This document shows positions 48,083 through 49,345 of a stretch of DNA of 49,345 nucleotides, in pieces (the first letter of the stretch is position 1; each line of letters begins with the position of its first letter). The DNA is taken from contig NC_057757.1 of NCBI RefSeq assembly GCF_004010195.1, positions 5,078,416 through 5,127,760 of the forward strand, in the 5' to 3' direction. Origin of the DNA: Chiloscyllium plagiosum. Its lineage: Eukaryota. The notes beneath the pieces were generated by a model. It was not told where the DNA came from, did no database searches, and saw only the letters and a program-made list of their open reading frames with translations. The position numbers and the translations under genes are program-made.

Positions 48083-48116
48083 CTTCACAGCCAATTCGGT
48101 CAGAACATGAGTTATT
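48083..48116 (-). CDS. CLC chloride channel, CBS1-CBS2 linker exon (34 nt, phase 0 to 1)
   Basis: Acceptor TTTTATTTAATTCAG|AAT; donor AAG|GTGAGT. Encodes NNSCSDRIGCE(D). Phase matches the next exon. Confidence 0.6.
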
Positions 48117-49202
48117 CTGAATTAAATAAAACATTAGCAGAAACGTTAATTAGTTCTGATACAGCTTTGTGACTGACAGAAATCCTCATACGAAACACAC
48201 AGGTATAACTGCAGATAATTTATTTGTGACTGTGAAGTCTCCAGCCCCTTACGAACAATGTAATAATTTGTCAATCCATGTCCTTTAAATCAAAATTTGT
48301 TCCATTTCGTAAGTTTACTTTTTCAAAACTCAAAATCACCCAGCCCTGACAAAATTTTGTCTTAGTTAGACACAATTGCATTACCGGGAGGATAAACCTT
48401 TTTCAGGGTTTTAACTCAGTGATACTGAAGGAAGGGAGATATATTTCCAAGTCAGGATGGTGAATGGATTGGAGGGGAATTTGCAGGGTCTGGTGTTACA
48501 TCTATCTGCTGCCCTTTTCCTTCCAGATGACAGTGGCCATGGGGTTGGAAAGTGCTGTCTAGAGAGCTCAGATGAATTTCTGCAGTGCTTCTCAGAGATG
48601 GTACGCACTACTGCGACGGAGTTGGTGGTGGATCTAGTGTCAATCTAGCAGACTGCTTTGTCCTGAGTAGTGTTGAGCTTCTTGGGTGTTGTTGGAGCTG
48701 CCCCCATCCAGGCAGCTGAGGAGTATTCCATCACAGGCCTGACTTGTGCCTTGTCCAAGGTGGACCTCCTTTGGGGAGTCAGGAGGTGAGATAATGATGG
48801 GAGCTGTTGCCAAGGTTTGTGATGGGACCTAACCCTGTCCAGATAACAGTCCAGACAATACCATTGTTACACCTTGTTTGAGTGGCGATGCATGGGGTGC
48901 TTATTAACACACACCAGAGGATGGGGGAGGAGTAGTGGCTTCCATAATGTTATTCCTGTTATCTTCTGCTCTTTGGATTCAGATTAGTGGGTTGAATCCC
49001 TAGTGGAACAGAATGTACTCTCCAAAATAAGGCAAGTGGAATTCACGCACAGCCTTCAGTATTTTGTCAGGGAGGCTTTTTTTATGACACAAAACTGAGG
49101 CCACAAACAGAGCGGGCCCTGCACGGTCAAATGTCAGCCTTGTCTATTCCTTTCATTTTTGGGAAGTGACAAGGCTGTCTCTCTTCAACATGTGACCCCC
49201 GA

Positions 49203-49345
49203 CCCACCACCACCACCAACTCCAACACCACCAACTCTACCGCCCAACTCCACTACCACCAACTCCATCACCACCAACTCCACCACCACTAACTCCACTA
49301 CCACCAACTCCACTACCACCAACTCCATTACCACCAACTCCATCA
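49203..49345. repeat. 15-bp tandem repeat (ACCACCAACTCCAYY)n running off the window
   Basis: Directly visible. Confidence 0.9.

Noticed and set aside
49203..49345. (TTNST)n mucin-like reading of the terminal repeat
   Set aside because: No splice signals or ORF context. It lies within the CLC gene span on the opposite strand, so it is treated as a simple repeat.

Overview
Vertebrate genomic DNA, most likely a shark or other elasmobranch, judged from HE1-type tRNA SINEs, abundant CR1 LINEs and Penelope-like elements. It is repeat-rich and has two assembly gaps (18473-19413, 32346-32484). Manual reading of splice sites gives three genes that the ORF track mostly misses. (1) A five-exon, + strand 3' portion of a SAP25-like Sin3A-associated protein gene (1132-9075). 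(2) A convergent UFSP1 (UFM1-specific protease 1) with a single coding exon (13009-13659, -), a CpG-island promoter/first exon near 19425-19640 and a candidate in-frame uORF. (3) The last seven coding exons of a divergent CLC-family (CLCN1/CLCN2/CLCNK-type) chloride channel on the - strand (31501-48116, continuing beyond the window). SAP25 and UFSP1 mark the human 7q22.1 block, which has no CLC gene in human, so this channel may be a fourth ohnolog lost in mammals. Several short Penelope-derived insertions carry minimal type-I hammerhead ribozyme motifs, one in sense orientation about 140 nt upstream of the SAP25 last-exon acceptor. Gene identities rest on recalled motif similarity, not database searches. 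Repeat boundaries are approximate.
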